A stretch of DNA of 48,514 bases. It comes from Promethearchaeota archaeon. Its GTDB lineage: Archaea; Asgardarchaeota; Lokiarchaeia; Sigyniarchaeales; SOKP01. Shown here in pieces: positions 37,927-47,947 of the stretch. The first letter of the stretch is position 1, and each line of letters opens with the position of its first letter. The stretch covers positions 185,436-233,949 of the forward strand of contig JBHLNF010000007.1 of the NCBI GenBank assembly GCA_048937405.1, in the 5' to 3' direction. The notes below the pieces were generated by a model. That model ran no database searches. It was given only the letters and a program-made list of their open reading frames with translations, and was not told the DNA's origin. A program made the translations under genes and the position numbers.

Positions 37927-39036
37927 CTATTTATTTTTTAAAGTTTCTTCTGCTCTTTTGATTTTTTTACTGCTCCATTCCTTTATTTTAGCCAATAATT
38001 CCATTTTATTATTTGGCCTATTAAATTCAATTGGTTCTTTAATGTATCCTTTATTTAGAGCATTATTATAGATTTTTTCACCAATTTTTGTTCTAATTAT
38101 TGCAGTTGTTAATTTTTCTGGTGAACCAAGACCACCAAAAGATATATCAGCATAAATATTGGAAAAATCTGAACATGCATAACAAGCGGGGCGTCCAATA
38201 TCATGTAAATCCTTAAATGGGATTTTTTTACTATTTCCATTTTTAAAGTATAATATCAATTCTTCTCGCACGTTCATGCTTTCAACATCTTCAAATGAAA
38301 AATTAAACTTTTCTTCTAATTTTTTCCTATCTTCATCATCGAATGAGAAGTTTAGATAACAAAATAATCCTAAGGTATACTTGACTATATGTGCGGGTAA
38401 AATACTTAATTCCTGCATTTTTCTAATTGAATTAATTTGACAAGGAGTACCAACAACAGCTATATTTAACAAATCGGAACTCGCGACTTTTTTCAATGCT
38501 ATATTTGCCGCTATAAAAGTATTATATTTTTCTAATCCAATTACTTGGCTAGTAAAATCAAAATGAGATCCTGCAGCTTTAATGAGATCTTCTTTACTTG
38601 TGGCTAAAAATGAATTTCGGTTAAATGGACCTTTCCTTTTACATACAATTGCTCCATTAATTAACTTGTTATCTAATAAATAATTTAAAATTGCTGTAAC
38701 CGCACCACCATCTGTTCCTTTATTTCTAATATCTTCTGAACTAGCATGACATGAAGCTATTTTTAACTGATTTCCTATTGGTGGATCATAATTGAACTTT
38801 TTATTTAACTGATCATTTAATACATGAGTTTGAGGACATACAAAATAACATATCCCACATTTAAGACATTTGTCTTTATTTATGTATTTTGGGGGACCTG
38901 ACTCTGACATTTCGATTGCTTTAATTTCACCAGCAGAACAAAAACTAACACAACCACCACACTCTCCACATAATCCTTTTTCATGAACCTCAATTATTAA
39001 ATCTTCAAATGTTTTTGTAACTGCACTAGCAGTCAT
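37927..39036 (-). CDS. FrhB/FdhB-family (coenzyme F420-interacting) flavoprotein with N-terminal 2x[4Fe-4S] ferredoxin
   Basis: CGECGGCVSFC, CLKCGICYFVCP, GTDGGAVT, VVGTPCQI, LGLFC, C..CSDF....ADISFG. Confidence 0.88.
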   Translation of the reverse strand: MTASAVTKTFEDLIIEVHEKGLCGECGGCVSFCSAGEIKAIEMSESGPPKYINKDKCLKCGICYFVCPQTHVLNDQLNKKFNYDPPIGNQLKIASCHASSEDIRNKGTDGGAVTAILNYLLDNKLINGAIVCKRKGPFNRNSFLATSKEDLIKAAGSHFDFTSQVIGLEKYNTFIAANIALKKVASSDLLNIAVVGTPCQINSIRKMQELSILPAHIVKYTLGLFCYLNFSFDDEDRKKLEEKFNFSFEDVESMNVREELILYFKNGNSKKIPFKDLHDIGRPACYACSDFSNIYADISFGGLGSPEKLTTAIIRTKIGEKIYNNALNKGYIKEPIEFNRPNNKMELLAKIKEWSSKKIKRAEETLKNK

Positions 39037-39083
39037 TTTTTTTCACCTATTTTTTAATTAATTTTATAATTTAAAATATTAAT

Positions 39084-39923
39084 TTAATATTCGTTTGGCA
39101 TTTTTTTAAGCTCAGCAAGAGAAAAGACTGGTCCATCAACACATACAAATTTATTACCAATATTACATCTTCCACATTTGCCAATACCACATTTCATCCG
39201 CATCTCTAAACTGTTTAAGATTTGCTCATCTTTCCAATTTAACTCTTCCATAACTGCAATTGAAGTTTTAATCATTATTGGTGGTCCACAGATAACTGCA
39301 ACAGCATTGTCAGAACTTGGAGCAACTTTTTTAACGATTGGTGCAACAAATCCAACTTCTTCTGTCCATCCTTCTGCTTCACGATCAATAGTTAAAACTA
39401 CTTTAATATCATCTCGTTTTTTCCATTCATCTAATACATCTCTATATAATACTTCTCCAGGGTCACGATTTCCATAAATAACAGTTATATTACCATAGTC
39501 TTTTCGATGTTTTTCATCTAATAAATAAAGCACAAGTGATCGAAGTGTTGAGAATGCAAATCCTCCGCCAATTACAACTATATTTTTACCTTTCATTTCT
39601 TCCACAGGCCAACCGTTTCCACAAGGACCTCTTACTCCAACTATGTCACCTACTTCACAAGTATGAAATCCTGAAGTAACAGTACCCATTTTCTTAATTG
39701 TGAATTTAATAGTTCCTTCTTCAGTAGGAGATGACGCTATCCCTATAGGACATTCACCTTTTCCAATTAAGCTAATTTCCGCAAATTGTCCTGGGATATA
39801 GTTAAATTTTTTGTAATCTTCTTCATTTTTAAATTCTAATTCGATAGTTTTAATATCATTAACCTTATTTTCTGATACTATCGATTTTACTCTTGTAAGA
39901 TAAGGAATATAAGGATTAGGCAT
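39084..39923 (-). CDS. FAD/NAD(P)H-binding [2Fe-2S] oxidoreductase (FlxA/AsrB/HydG-like)
   Basis: PGQF, GECPIGIASSP, RGPCGNGWP, IGGGFAF..LRS, CGPP.M, MKCGIGKCGRC......CVDGPVF. ATG 39923 (after SD-like AAGGAG) is preferred over TTG 39950. Confidence 0.88.
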   Translation of the reverse strand: MPNPYIPYLTRVKSIVSENKVNDIKTIELEFKNEEDYKKFNYIPGQFAEISLIGKGECPIGIASSPTEEGTIKFTIKKMGTVTSGFHTCEVGDIVGVRGPCGNGWPVEEMKGKNIVVIGGGFAFSTLRSLVLYLLDEKHRKDYGNITVIYGNRDPGEVLYRDVLDEWKKRDDIKVVLTIDREAEGWTEEVGFVAPIVKKVAPSSDNAVAVICGPPIMIKTSIAVMEELNWKDEQILNSLEMRMKCGIGKCGRCNIGNKFVCVDGPVFSLAELKKMPNEY

Positions 39924-40977
39924 TAATTTTCTCACTCTCCTTTTTTTCAATATTTTGTATTTTATTCAATATAACTCGAAGGTCATTATTGGCAGGGCAC
40001 ACAGAAACACATCTGCCACATCCAACACAACCCAGTAAATCATAATTTGTAGGATAATAGCTAAACTTATGCATAATTCGGTTTCGACAGCGTTGGATTT
40101 TAGTATCTCGAGGATTGTGACCGCTTGTTTCCATTGTATAAAGACAAGATTGACAAGTATCCCAGATTCTAATTCTTCTCCCTCGATTATTATATTGATC
40201 TGTCTCGTCAATGACATCAAAACATGTACAGGTGGGACATAAATATGCACATGAACCACATCCTATGCATGATTCACTGATTTCATCCCATACAGGATGT
40301 TCAAAGCAAGTTTCCAGGTTCTTTACAATCGTATCAACATCTATTTTTGTTACTATCATTTCTTCAGCCTTTTTTGCCAACTCTTCGGCTTTTTTCAAAT
40401 CATCCTTAGATGCATCCGAAAGCCATGATAACTTTCTAATTATCTCTTTACCTTTATCACTAATAGCTTCAACTAAATATTTATCTCCTAAATCAGTAAG
40501 GAAAATATCCATATCTTCTTTTTTAAACGGATTTCCCCCAACAGAGGTACAAAAACAAGTACTTTTTGGAGTATTACAACCCATTCCGATAATAGTTGTA
40601 TTTTCTTTTTTCTTCAGATAAATTTCATCTTCCCAATTTCCATGAAATGAAAAGAAAGTTGCCATCAATTCAAAACTGTAAGCATCGCACGGTCGAACTC
40701 CAAAAATTAAGATTTTTTGATCTAGATTCTGCCTATCAGTTATTTCTACATCTTTTTCATCTAATGAATATTCAAATAACACTTCCTCTTGAGGAAATAA
40801 GACAGATTTAGGTGGAACCTTTGAATTTAGGTAATCTAATACAATATCCTCTGGATTTTCAATCTTTTCGAATACTATACTTCCCTTTTTATTTATGGGA
40901 GCATAAAAATCATACTCTCCAGCGAATTCATTATAAAATTTTCCAATTTGATCTTTTTTCAATATTTTTTGATCCAT
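39916..40977 (-). CDS. [4Fe-4S] protein (FlxB/AsrA/HydB-like)
   Basis: PPKSVLFPQ.E, FGVRPCD, C....TCFCTSVG, CIGCGSC...CPTC.CF, R.WDTC, CVGCGRC...CP. Confidence 0.88.
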   Translation of the reverse strand: MDQKILKKDQIGKFYNEFAGEYDFYAPINKKGSIVFEKIENPEDIVLDYLNSKVPPKSVLFPQEEVLFEYSLDEKDVEITDRQNLDQKILIFGVRPCDAYSFELMATFFSFHGNWEDEIYLKKKENTTIIGMGCNTPKSTCFCTSVGGNPFKKEDMDIFLTDLGDKYLVEAISDKGKEIIRKLSWLSDASKDDLKKAEELAKKAEEMIVTKIDVDTIVKNLETCFEHPVWDEISESCIGCGSCAYLCPTCTCFDVIDETDQYNNRGRRIRIWDTCQSCLYTMETSGHNPRDTKIQRCRNRIMHKFSYYPTNYDLLGCVGCGRCVSVCPANNDLRVILNKIQNIEKKESEKINA

Positions 40978-40993
40978 TTTTCAGCTCACCTTT

Positions 40994-42004
40994 TTAATCC
41001 TCCTCTAACATAAATTCTTGTGCGTCCTCCATTTTAAAATCCATCATTGGAGGAACTTTTTCAGCATTAAGCCCAGAAGTATAATTATATCGTTCTTTAA
41101 CGATTTTCTCTAATTTCCTAGTGATAAAATTCAAATCTATACCAACTGGACATACTGATGAACATGCTCCACATGCTACGCATCTACCTGCTAAATGCTG
41201 TGCTCGAACTAAGTGAAATGTAAATATATCTTGGTACTCAGTAGTTTTCCCAAACCATATGGGCTTATTTTGATCAACAAAACAAAGATTGCAATAGCAC
41301 ACAGGACATGCTTGGCGACAACTATAACATAGAGTGCATACTTGCAAAATTTCTTTAAAATAATCCCATTTTTCACCCGCAGATTTAGCTTCAAACTCAA
41401 CAATATCTGAAAATTCATCATTTATGGTTTTAAGTTCTTGACATTCACCTACACAATTAGCCTCAGTACTTGAAGGAGATTTTACTTGACACACTTTACA
41501 TAGTTCATTAATATATTGATCATAGGGAAATTTCTTTTCCCAATCTCTCCCTTTTACAATAATTTCATCACCAGATATATTTACTTCAAGAATCTCCTTT
41601 TCTCCAATTTCCAAAGTGATTTTGCTTCTGTTTACAATCCCATTACAATTAAATCCAATCATCTTAATTTTATCCAGATCAACTTGTTTCTCCACAGCTA
41701 AAAGGTTTATTGCTCGACCTACACACCCTTTAGCTACTATTCCGATTCTCAGTGATTTACCTTCTGAATCACAAAGTTGGGGCATTAATGGAGCTAAATA
41801 TCTAGCTAAATTCATATAGCACAAATTATTCCATGTTAATTTTTCTACATCTTTAACTTTTCTAATAATAATTGGGGTAGAACTTAAAGGTACAGTACCT
41901 TCAGAATAGCCAATTATTACATCAACTTGATTTTCACTAAGTAATTTCTTAGCATTTTCTTTTATTGAACTTATAATTTCCTTATTATCTTGTTCTATTC
42001 CCAT
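40994..42004 (-). CDS. [4Fe-4S] protein (FlxC-like)
   Basis: IVAKGC, CKVC, CTLCYSCRQACPVCYC.LC, FHLVRA.HLAGRCVACGAC..VCP.GI. ATG 42004 is preferred as start. Confidence 0.85.
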   Translation of the reverse strand: MGIEQDNKEIISSIKENAKKLLSENQVDVIIGYSEGTVPLSSTPIIIRKVKDVEKLTWNNLCYMNLARYLAPLMPQLCDSEGKSLRIGIVAKGCVGRAINLLAVEKQVDLDKIKMIGFNCNGIVNRSKITLEIGEKEILEVNISGDEIIVKGRDWEKKFPYDQYINELCKVCQVKSPSSTEANCVGECQELKTINDEFSDIVEFEAKSAGEKWDYFKEILQVCTLCYSCRQACPVCYCNLCFVDQNKPIWFGKTTEYQDIFTFHLVRAQHLAGRCVACGACSSVCPVGIDLNFITRKLEKIVKERYNYTSGLNAEKVPPMMDFKMEDAQEFMLEED

Positions 42005-42006
42005 TC

Positions 42007-42462
42007 TTAACACCACTCCCTCTGGAATTTTGTATTTGGACCTAATTCTTTAACTATTTTTGTCGCTTTTCTAATAAGTACAGCAAATCGCTCTCCTTCA
42101 GCGGCAGAAGCCCACATAAAATTAACCCTGCCTGGTTCAATCCCAAAAAATTCAAGAAGTTCCTTCAATATTGCAAAACGTCTCCTAGCTACGAGATTTC
42201 CACTAATATAATGACAATCTCCGGGATGACATCCACTTATGACAACCCCATCCCATCCATCTGTTAAACTTTTTATAATAAAATAGGGATTAACCCGTCC
42301 AGAACAAGGAACTCTTACAATTCTTATATTTGGAGGATACTGGATCCTACTTACTCCTGCCAAATCTGCTCCTGCATAGGAACACCAATTACATAAAAAT
42401 GCAATAATCTTTGGTTCCCAATTCTTATCAACTTTCTTTTCTTCTAAAACTGTTTCAGTCAT
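42007..42462 (-). CDS. mvhD: MvhD/FlxD-type [2Fe-2S] subunit
   Basis: EPKIIAFLCNWCSYAGADLAG.SR.QYPPN.R..RVPCSGRV, GCHPGDCHY..GN, WASAAEG. Confidence 0.92.
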   Translation of the reverse strand: MTETVLEEKKVDKNWEPKIIAFLCNWCSYAGADLAGVSRIQYPPNIRIVRVPCSGRVNPYFIIKSLTDGWDGVVISGCHPGDCHYISGNLVARRRFAILKELLEFFGIEPGRVNFMWASAAEGERFAVLIRKATKIVKELGPNTKFQREWC

Positions 42463-42465
42463 TTT

Positions 42466-45400
42466 TTATAACCTTCCTGTTATCATAGCATATATTTGTT
42501 CGGCTGTAAAGCCTAATATATCGATGGCACTACATCGACAGTTCCCACTACAAGCTCCACATCCCTTACATAAAGCCTGATTGATTGATGCTACTAATCC
42601 AAATCGTCTATCTTCAATTAGCTCTATTGCATTGTAAGCGCAATTTTCTACACACATCCCACACCCTATACAACGAGCCAAATCAATAACTGCCGTTTTC
42701 CCTTCCGCTTCAATTTCATCTTTAGAAAGAATGGTACATGCTCTTGAAACAGCAGCATTCGCCTGTGAAATTGAATCTTCTATGGTTTTTGGACAGTGAG
42801 CTAATCCCGCAACAAAAACTCCTTCTGTTGCGAAGTCAACTGGGCGAAGCTTAACATGGGCTTCCAAATAAAAATTATCATCATTTAAAGGTACTTTTAA
42901 CATTTTAGCAAGTTCTTCATTATCTTCATGAGATGCAACTATCCCAGCACTTAATACTAATAAATCTGCGGGTATTGATAAGTTTCCCGCTTTTACAGAT
43001 TTAACATTAACATTTAATGAAGAATTTTCAGTCTTTATTTCTGGAGGAGAATTTTCATCATATCGAATAAAAATTATGCCCTCTTCTCTTGCTTTTCTAT
43101 AGTATTTTTCCTTAAAACCGTAGGTTCTAATATCTCGAAATAGAATAGTCACTTCAGTTGATGGATTTAATTTTTTAACTAATAAGGCGTTCTTAATAGC
43201 TTCTGCGCAACACATTTTACTACAATAAGGATGTTCCTCATTTCGTGAACCAACACATTGAATCATAACTACTGATTTTTTATTCTTAATAACACTATCA
43301 GTGTTTAACATCTCTTCAAATTCGGATTGTAAAATAACATTTTCATTCTGACCATAGAGATATTCCTTTGGTTTATATTCATTCGCACCGGTAGCTACAA
43401 CAACAACGCCATGATCAAATTCAGCTCTTTCATTCTTCTCACCATAAATCACTGTTGATTTAAAGTTTCCAATATATCCATTAAGCTCTTCTAATTCAGC
43501 ATTAGTATAAACATGAATAAAATTATTAGATTTAACCTGATTAATAAGATCTTTCAAATATGCTTGAACGTCTCCTCCTTCAAGAGTGTGATATATATAT
43601 TTAGCAAAACCTCCTAATTCAGCTTCCCTTTCCACTAAATAAGTTTCAATTTGCTGACTGGCAAAATTAAGTGCAGCGACCATACCAGTTATACCTCCAC
43701 CAATTACTAGTGCCTTTTTAGTTACTGAAAGCTTTATTCTTTCAATTGGAGCTATCTGCCTTGCTTTATTTACTGCCATTCTCACGAGATCTTTCGCCTT
43801 CTGAGTAGCTTCTTCTGGTTGTTTCATATGAACCCAGCTACATTGATCACGGATATTTGCCATTTGAAATAAATATCTATTTAATCCCGCTTCCCTAATA
43901 GTTTCTTGGAATAACGGCTCGTGAGTTCGCGGAGTACATGATGCGACTATAACCCGATTAAGATGATATTCTTCTATTTTTTCTTTTATTATTCCCTGTG
44001 TATCAGCAGAACATGTATATAAATTGCGATCTGACATAACCACATTCGGCAGTGTTTTTGCATATCTCGTTACTTCTGGAACATCTACATAACCACCAAT
44101 ATTAATTCCGCAATGGCAGATAAATACACCTATACGTGGTGGTTGTCCAGCGACAAAAATTTCTGGTGGTAGACTCTTTTCTGTAATTAATGTTCCTCTT
44201 TTCTCATATAGCAATTGGTTTACACATCCCGCAGCAGCACTTGCTTGAGTTACTGTTTCAGGGATATCTTTAGGCTGAGAAAAAGCACCACATGTAAAAA
44301 TTCCTGCCTTCGTAGTTTGAACTGGATTAAAAATATCTGTTTTTGCGAAATTATATTCATTCAATTCAATTCCAAATTTCTCAGCAAGATACTTGGCATC
44401 ATTAGGAGGATTTAATCCAACACTTAGAACTACCATATTAAAATCTTCTTCTATAACTTTTCCATCCTCCGTCTCATAGCGAAGTCTTAAATCTTTTGTC
44501 TCAGGGACTTCAGTTACAGAAGATATTCTACTTCTAATATAACGAACTCCATATTCTTCTTGAGCTTTAATAATATATTTATCAAAATCTTTTCCATAAG
44601 CTCGAATATCCATACTAAAAATGGTAGGTTTTACTTCATGTTGATGTTCATGGGCGATTACAGCCTCTTTAGCAGTATACATGCAACATACTGAAGAACA
44701 ATAAGGTTGTCCTTCTCCTGTATAGTCTCGAGACCCTATACACTGAAGAAAAGCAACTTTTTCAGGTATATCACCATCAGAAGGTCTAAGCACTTTTCCA
44801 GCATAAGGTCCTGAAGCAGATAAGATACGTTCAAATTCAATACTTGTAACCACATTTTTAAATTTCCCATAGCCATACTTATTAGCTGCTTGAGGAACAA
44901 ATTCATCAAATCCAGGTGCTAAAATTACAGCCCCTACATTGATATCGACAATCTCATCATCTCGATCATACTCAACTGCTTTAGCTTTACACACCCCAGC
45001 ACATACTCCACATCCTATACAATATTCCTTATTAATTGCATATACTAGTGGTACTGCTTGAGGAAATTTCACAGAAGTTGCGTGATATTTTGCTAATCCT
45101 TCATTGAATAAATCTATTGCCTCAACTGGACAATTGCGACCACATACTCCACAACCTGTACATATATCTGGATTAATATATAGTGAATTTTTCTTTACTT
45201 TGACAGTAAAATTACCAGCTTCTCCCGAAACATCAAGAATTTCGCAGTTAATGCTCAAATCAATGTTCTGATGTCTACCTGTTTCTACCAACTTAGGGCT
45301 GACGATACACATTGCACAGTCATTTGTGGGAAAAGTTTTATCCAATTGGGCCATTACACCACCAATACTAGTGGTAGATTCAATCAAGTATACTTTATAG

Positions 45401-45480
45401 CCTGAATCACCTAAATCAAGCGCTGATTGGGATCCCCCTATTCCAGCGCCAACAACCATTACAGCTCCTACTTTTTCCAT
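42466..45480 (-). CDS. hdrA: HdrA-like flavoprotein with two FAD modules (fused form)
   Basis: VVGAGIGG, LDKTFPTNDCAMC, ferredoxin motifs, LQCIGSR...YCSSVCC; then GVFICHCG.NI, ASCTPRTHEPLF, NIRDQCSWVH, VIGGGITG, IQCVGSR...YCS.MCC, EAHVKLRPVDF, C-terminal 2x[4Fe-4S]. ATG 45480 follows SD-like GAGGAG. Confidence 0.9.
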   Translation of the reverse strand: MEKVGAVMVVGAGIGGSQSALDLGDSGYKVYLIESTTSIGGVMAQLDKTFPTNDCAMCIVSPKLVETGRHQNIDLSINCEILDVSGEAGNFTVKVKKNSLYINPDICTGCGVCGRNCPVEAIDLFNEGLAKYHATSVKFPQAVPLVYAINKEYCIGCGVCAGVCKAKAVEYDRDDEIVDINVGAVILAPGFDEFVPQAANKYGYGKFKNVVTSIEFERILSASGPYAGKVLRPSDGDIPEKVAFLQCIGSRDYTGEGQPYCSSVCCMYTAKEAVIAHEHQHEVKPTIFSMDIRAYGKDFDKYIIKAQEEYGVRYIRSRISSVTEVPETKDLRLRYETEDGKVIEEDFNMVVLSVGLNPPNDAKYLAEKFGIELNEYNFAKTDIFNPVQTTKAGIFTCGAFSQPKDIPETVTQASAAAGCVNQLLYEKRGTLITEKSLPPEIFVAGQPPRIGVFICHCGINIGGYVDVPEVTRYAKTLPNVVMSDRNLYTCSADTQGIIKEKIEEYHLNRVIVASCTPRTHEPLFQETIREAGLNRYLFQMANIRDQCSWVHMKQPEEATQKAKDLVRMAVNKARQIAPIERIKLSVTKKALVIGGGITGMVAALNFASQQIETYLVEREAELGGFAKYIYHTLEGGDVQAYLKDLINQVKSNNFIHVYTNAELEELNGYIGNFKSTVIYGEKNERAEFDHGVVVVATGANEYKPKEYLYGQNENVILQSEFEEMLNTDSVIKNKKSVVMIQCVGSRNEEHPYCSKMCCAEAIKNALLVKKLNPSTEVTILFRDIRTYGFKEKYYRKAREEGIIFIRYDENSPPEIKTENSSLNVNVKSVKAGNLSIPADLLVLSAGIVASHEDNEELAKMLKVPLNDDNFYLEAHVKLRPVDFATEGVFVAGLAHCPKTIEDSISQANAAVSRACTILSKDEIEAEGKTAVIDLARCIGCGMCVENCAYNAIELIEDRRFGLVASINQALCKGCGACSGNCRCSAIDILGFTAEQIYAMITGRL

Positions 45481-45491
45481 TTTTCCTCTCC

Positions 45492-46253
45492 TCACATTTT
45501 AAAAAACATTGGAGTAATTCCCATAAATTCTCCGAAGTCAATTTGACCTCGACTCTTTAAACATACAATATGTTGTAATACAACACTTGGATCAATTTCT
45601 AATTCAGCAGCAAGACTTTTAATAGATTTTGTATCTTCTTCTAATGAAACTAAAATTCTATGTCGTTGATATTCTTCCACAATAGCTGAATCAAAAATTT
45701 TATTAAATTTATCCAAGTTAACTTGTTCTCCATATACATTTTCTTGTTCTGTAATCTTTCTTTCTCTTCCTACAAGTGATCTCATTCGATCACCTGCAGC
45801 GGCATCTTCAATAGCCTTTAAATTATTAAGCATTTTTTTATCAGGATTATCTCCTCCAATTGGAGATGGTCCTAATGCTTTAATATGATCTGTAAATTCT
45901 GTAATGACCTGAGCATATCTAGCACCTTCAGAAGCAGAAACCCAATCTAATCTTACTCTATCATCAAAATTAATAAGTTTTAGGAAACGTTTCACCATAT
46001 CAAATTTTTTCTCAGCTTCATAATTCCCTTCTAAATAATGGCAATCGCCTAAATGGCATCCTAAAACAATAACTCCATCAGCACCAACTCGAAGTGCTTC
46101 AAAAATAAATTGGGGATCTATTCGACCACTACACATAACCCTTATTACTCGTATATTTGGGGGATATTGCATTCTACTAACTCCCGCTAAATCTGCTCCT
46201 GCATAAGAACACCAATTACATAAAAATCCTAATATTTTCGGTTCGAAATCCAT
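45492..46253 (-). CDS. mvhD: MvhD-type [2Fe-2S] subunit with C-terminal HTH-like extension
   Basis: EPKILGFLCNWCSYAGADLAG, CSGRIDP, GCHLGDCHY; extension SIKSLAAELEIDPSVVLQHIVCL...G. ATG 46253 follows GGAGGT. Confidence 0.88.
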   Translation of the reverse strand: MDFEPKILGFLCNWCSYAGADLAGVSRMQYPPNIRVIRVMCSGRIDPQFIFEALRVGADGVIVLGCHLGDCHYLEGNYEAEKKFDMVKRFLKLINFDDRVRLDWVSASEGARYAQVITEFTDHIKALGPSPIGGDNPDKKMLNNLKAIEDAAAGDRMRSLVGRERKITEQENVYGEQVNLDKFNKIFDSAIVEEYQRHRILVSLEEDTKSIKSLAAELEIDPSVVLQHIVCLKSRGQIDFGEFMGITPMFFKM

Positions 46254-46257
46254 AATC

Positions 46258-47940
46258 TTAAATACCTCCAAATGCATAAATTTCAGATAAAATTTGCTCA
46301 TCTGTAAAATGTCTTATTATTATAGCATGATTAGTACACGTAGCTCCGCAAACTCCGCATCCTTTACAAAGTACTTGAGTAATTACAATCTCATCATCTT
46401 CATTCTTACTTATTGCTTTATAGGGACAAACATTAATACATACTTCGCATCCAGAACATAAATCTTTATTATATTCAGGAAGGAATGATGTTGCTCCCTC
46501 TACTTCGATAGTATCATGGGATATAATTGTACTCGCTCTTCCTGCTGCAGCATAACCTTGAGTTATTGATTCTGTAATATCTACTGGCCATTTTGCGGCA
46601 CCACATATAAAAACACCATCAGTTGCAAAGTCCATTGGTCTTAATTTTACATGAGCTTCTAAAAAGAATTTATTTTCTTCTAATGGTACCTTAAGCATTT
46701 GAGCAAGCTCTTTATTATCATCATTTGCGATCAATGGTGTTGATAATACCAATAAATCGTAGGGTACACTTATTTCTTCTCCAATATATTCATTATATAC
46801 TTTTATGATGTTTTCCTCTACAACAGGTTCCTTTTCGAGTTTATAACTTAGAAATATAACTCCCGCTTCCCTTGCTCTTCTATAATACTCTTCATAAAGA
46901 GTTCCAGGAGTATACAAATCTCTAAATAAAATTGTGATATTTGCATTAGGATTTTTTTCTTTAAGTAATAAAGCATTTTTCAAAGCGCTCATACAACAAA
47001 CATTAGAGCAGTATTTTCTTTCATCATTACGAGCTCCTACACATTGTATCATTATAATATTATTAGCTTTAACGTCATTATTCTTAAGTTTCTCCTCTAG
47101 TTCATACTGGGTGATTCTTTTCTTCCCATCATAACCAAATTTTCCGGTAGGTGTTAGTAAAGACGCTCCAACAGCAACAACGATGACGCCTATCTTTAGG
47201 TTAGTAGTTTTACTACTTTGTTGGACTTCTACTTCATAATTTCCCACAAAACCCTCAATATTCGTAACTTTTGCAGAAGTATAAACAGTTAAATTCGAGT
47301 TATTTTTAACCCTTTCTTTTAAGCTTTCTAAAAGTTCACTGGCATCTTGACCTGTAGGAAATAATTTATTTAGAACATTCAATTTTCCTCCTAATTGAGC
47401 ATCTTTTTCTACTAAATGAGTCTCAAATCCTTGATTGGCTAGGCTAAGAGCAGCAGTTATTCCTGAAACACCCCCTCCAATGACCATAGCAGTAGGAGTT
47501 GCATCAACCACAATATTTTCAAGAGCTTCCAGTTTAGATGCTTTTGCTACTCCCATTCGAATAACTTCTTTAGCTTTTTCAAGAGCTTCGTGAGGATATT
47601 TCATATGAACCCAGGTGCATTGATCGCGAATATTTACAAATTGAAATAGATACTCGTTAAGGCCTACATCTTTGATAGTTTCACGAAAGAGAGGTTCATG
47701 AGTCCTCGGTGTGCATGAAGCAACAACTACCCGATTTAAGTTATGTTCAGTTACTCCTTTTTTGATTTGGGCTAATCCTGTTTCTGAGCAAGTATATAAA
47801 TTATCTTGAGTAAATACAACATTGGGTAAAGTTTTCGCATATTCTGCCACTTCTTTAACATCTATTAAACCTCCTATATTTGAACCACAACTACAAACGA
47901 AAACCCCAATTCGAACATCTTCCTCTTTTTTTTCACTCAT
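46258..47940 (-). CDS. hdrA: HdrA-like flavoprotein (corresponds to the C-terminal module of the fused HdrA)
   Basis: IGVFVCSCG.NI, ASCTPRTHEPLF, NIRDQCTWVH, VIGGGVSG, IQCVGAR...YCSNVCC, EAHVKLRPMDF, two C-terminal CxxCxxC motifs. Confidence 0.9.
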   Translation of the reverse strand: MSEKKEEDVRIGVFVCSCGSNIGGLIDVKEVAEYAKTLPNVVFTQDNLYTCSETGLAQIKKGVTEHNLNRVVVASCTPRTHEPLFRETIKDVGLNEYLFQFVNIRDQCTWVHMKYPHEALEKAKEVIRMGVAKASKLEALENIVVDATPTAMVIGGGVSGITAALSLANQGFETHLVEKDAQLGGKLNVLNKLFPTGQDASELLESLKERVKNNSNLTVYTSAKVTNIEGFVGNYEVEVQQSSKTTNLKIGVIVVAVGASLLTPTGKFGYDGKKRITQYELEEKLKNNDVKANNIIMIQCVGARNDERKYCSNVCCMSALKNALLLKEKNPNANITILFRDLYTPGTLYEEYYRRAREAGVIFLSYKLEKEPVVEENIIKVYNEYIGEEISVPYDLLVLSTPLIANDDNKELAQMLKVPLEENKFFLEAHVKLRPMDFATDGVFICGAAKWPVDITESITQGYAAAGRASTIISHDTIEVEGATSFLPEYNKDLCSGCEVCINVCPYKAISKNEDDEIVITQVLCKGCGVCGATCTNHAIIIRHFTDEQILSEIYAFGGI

Positions 47941-47947
47941 AATCGTT

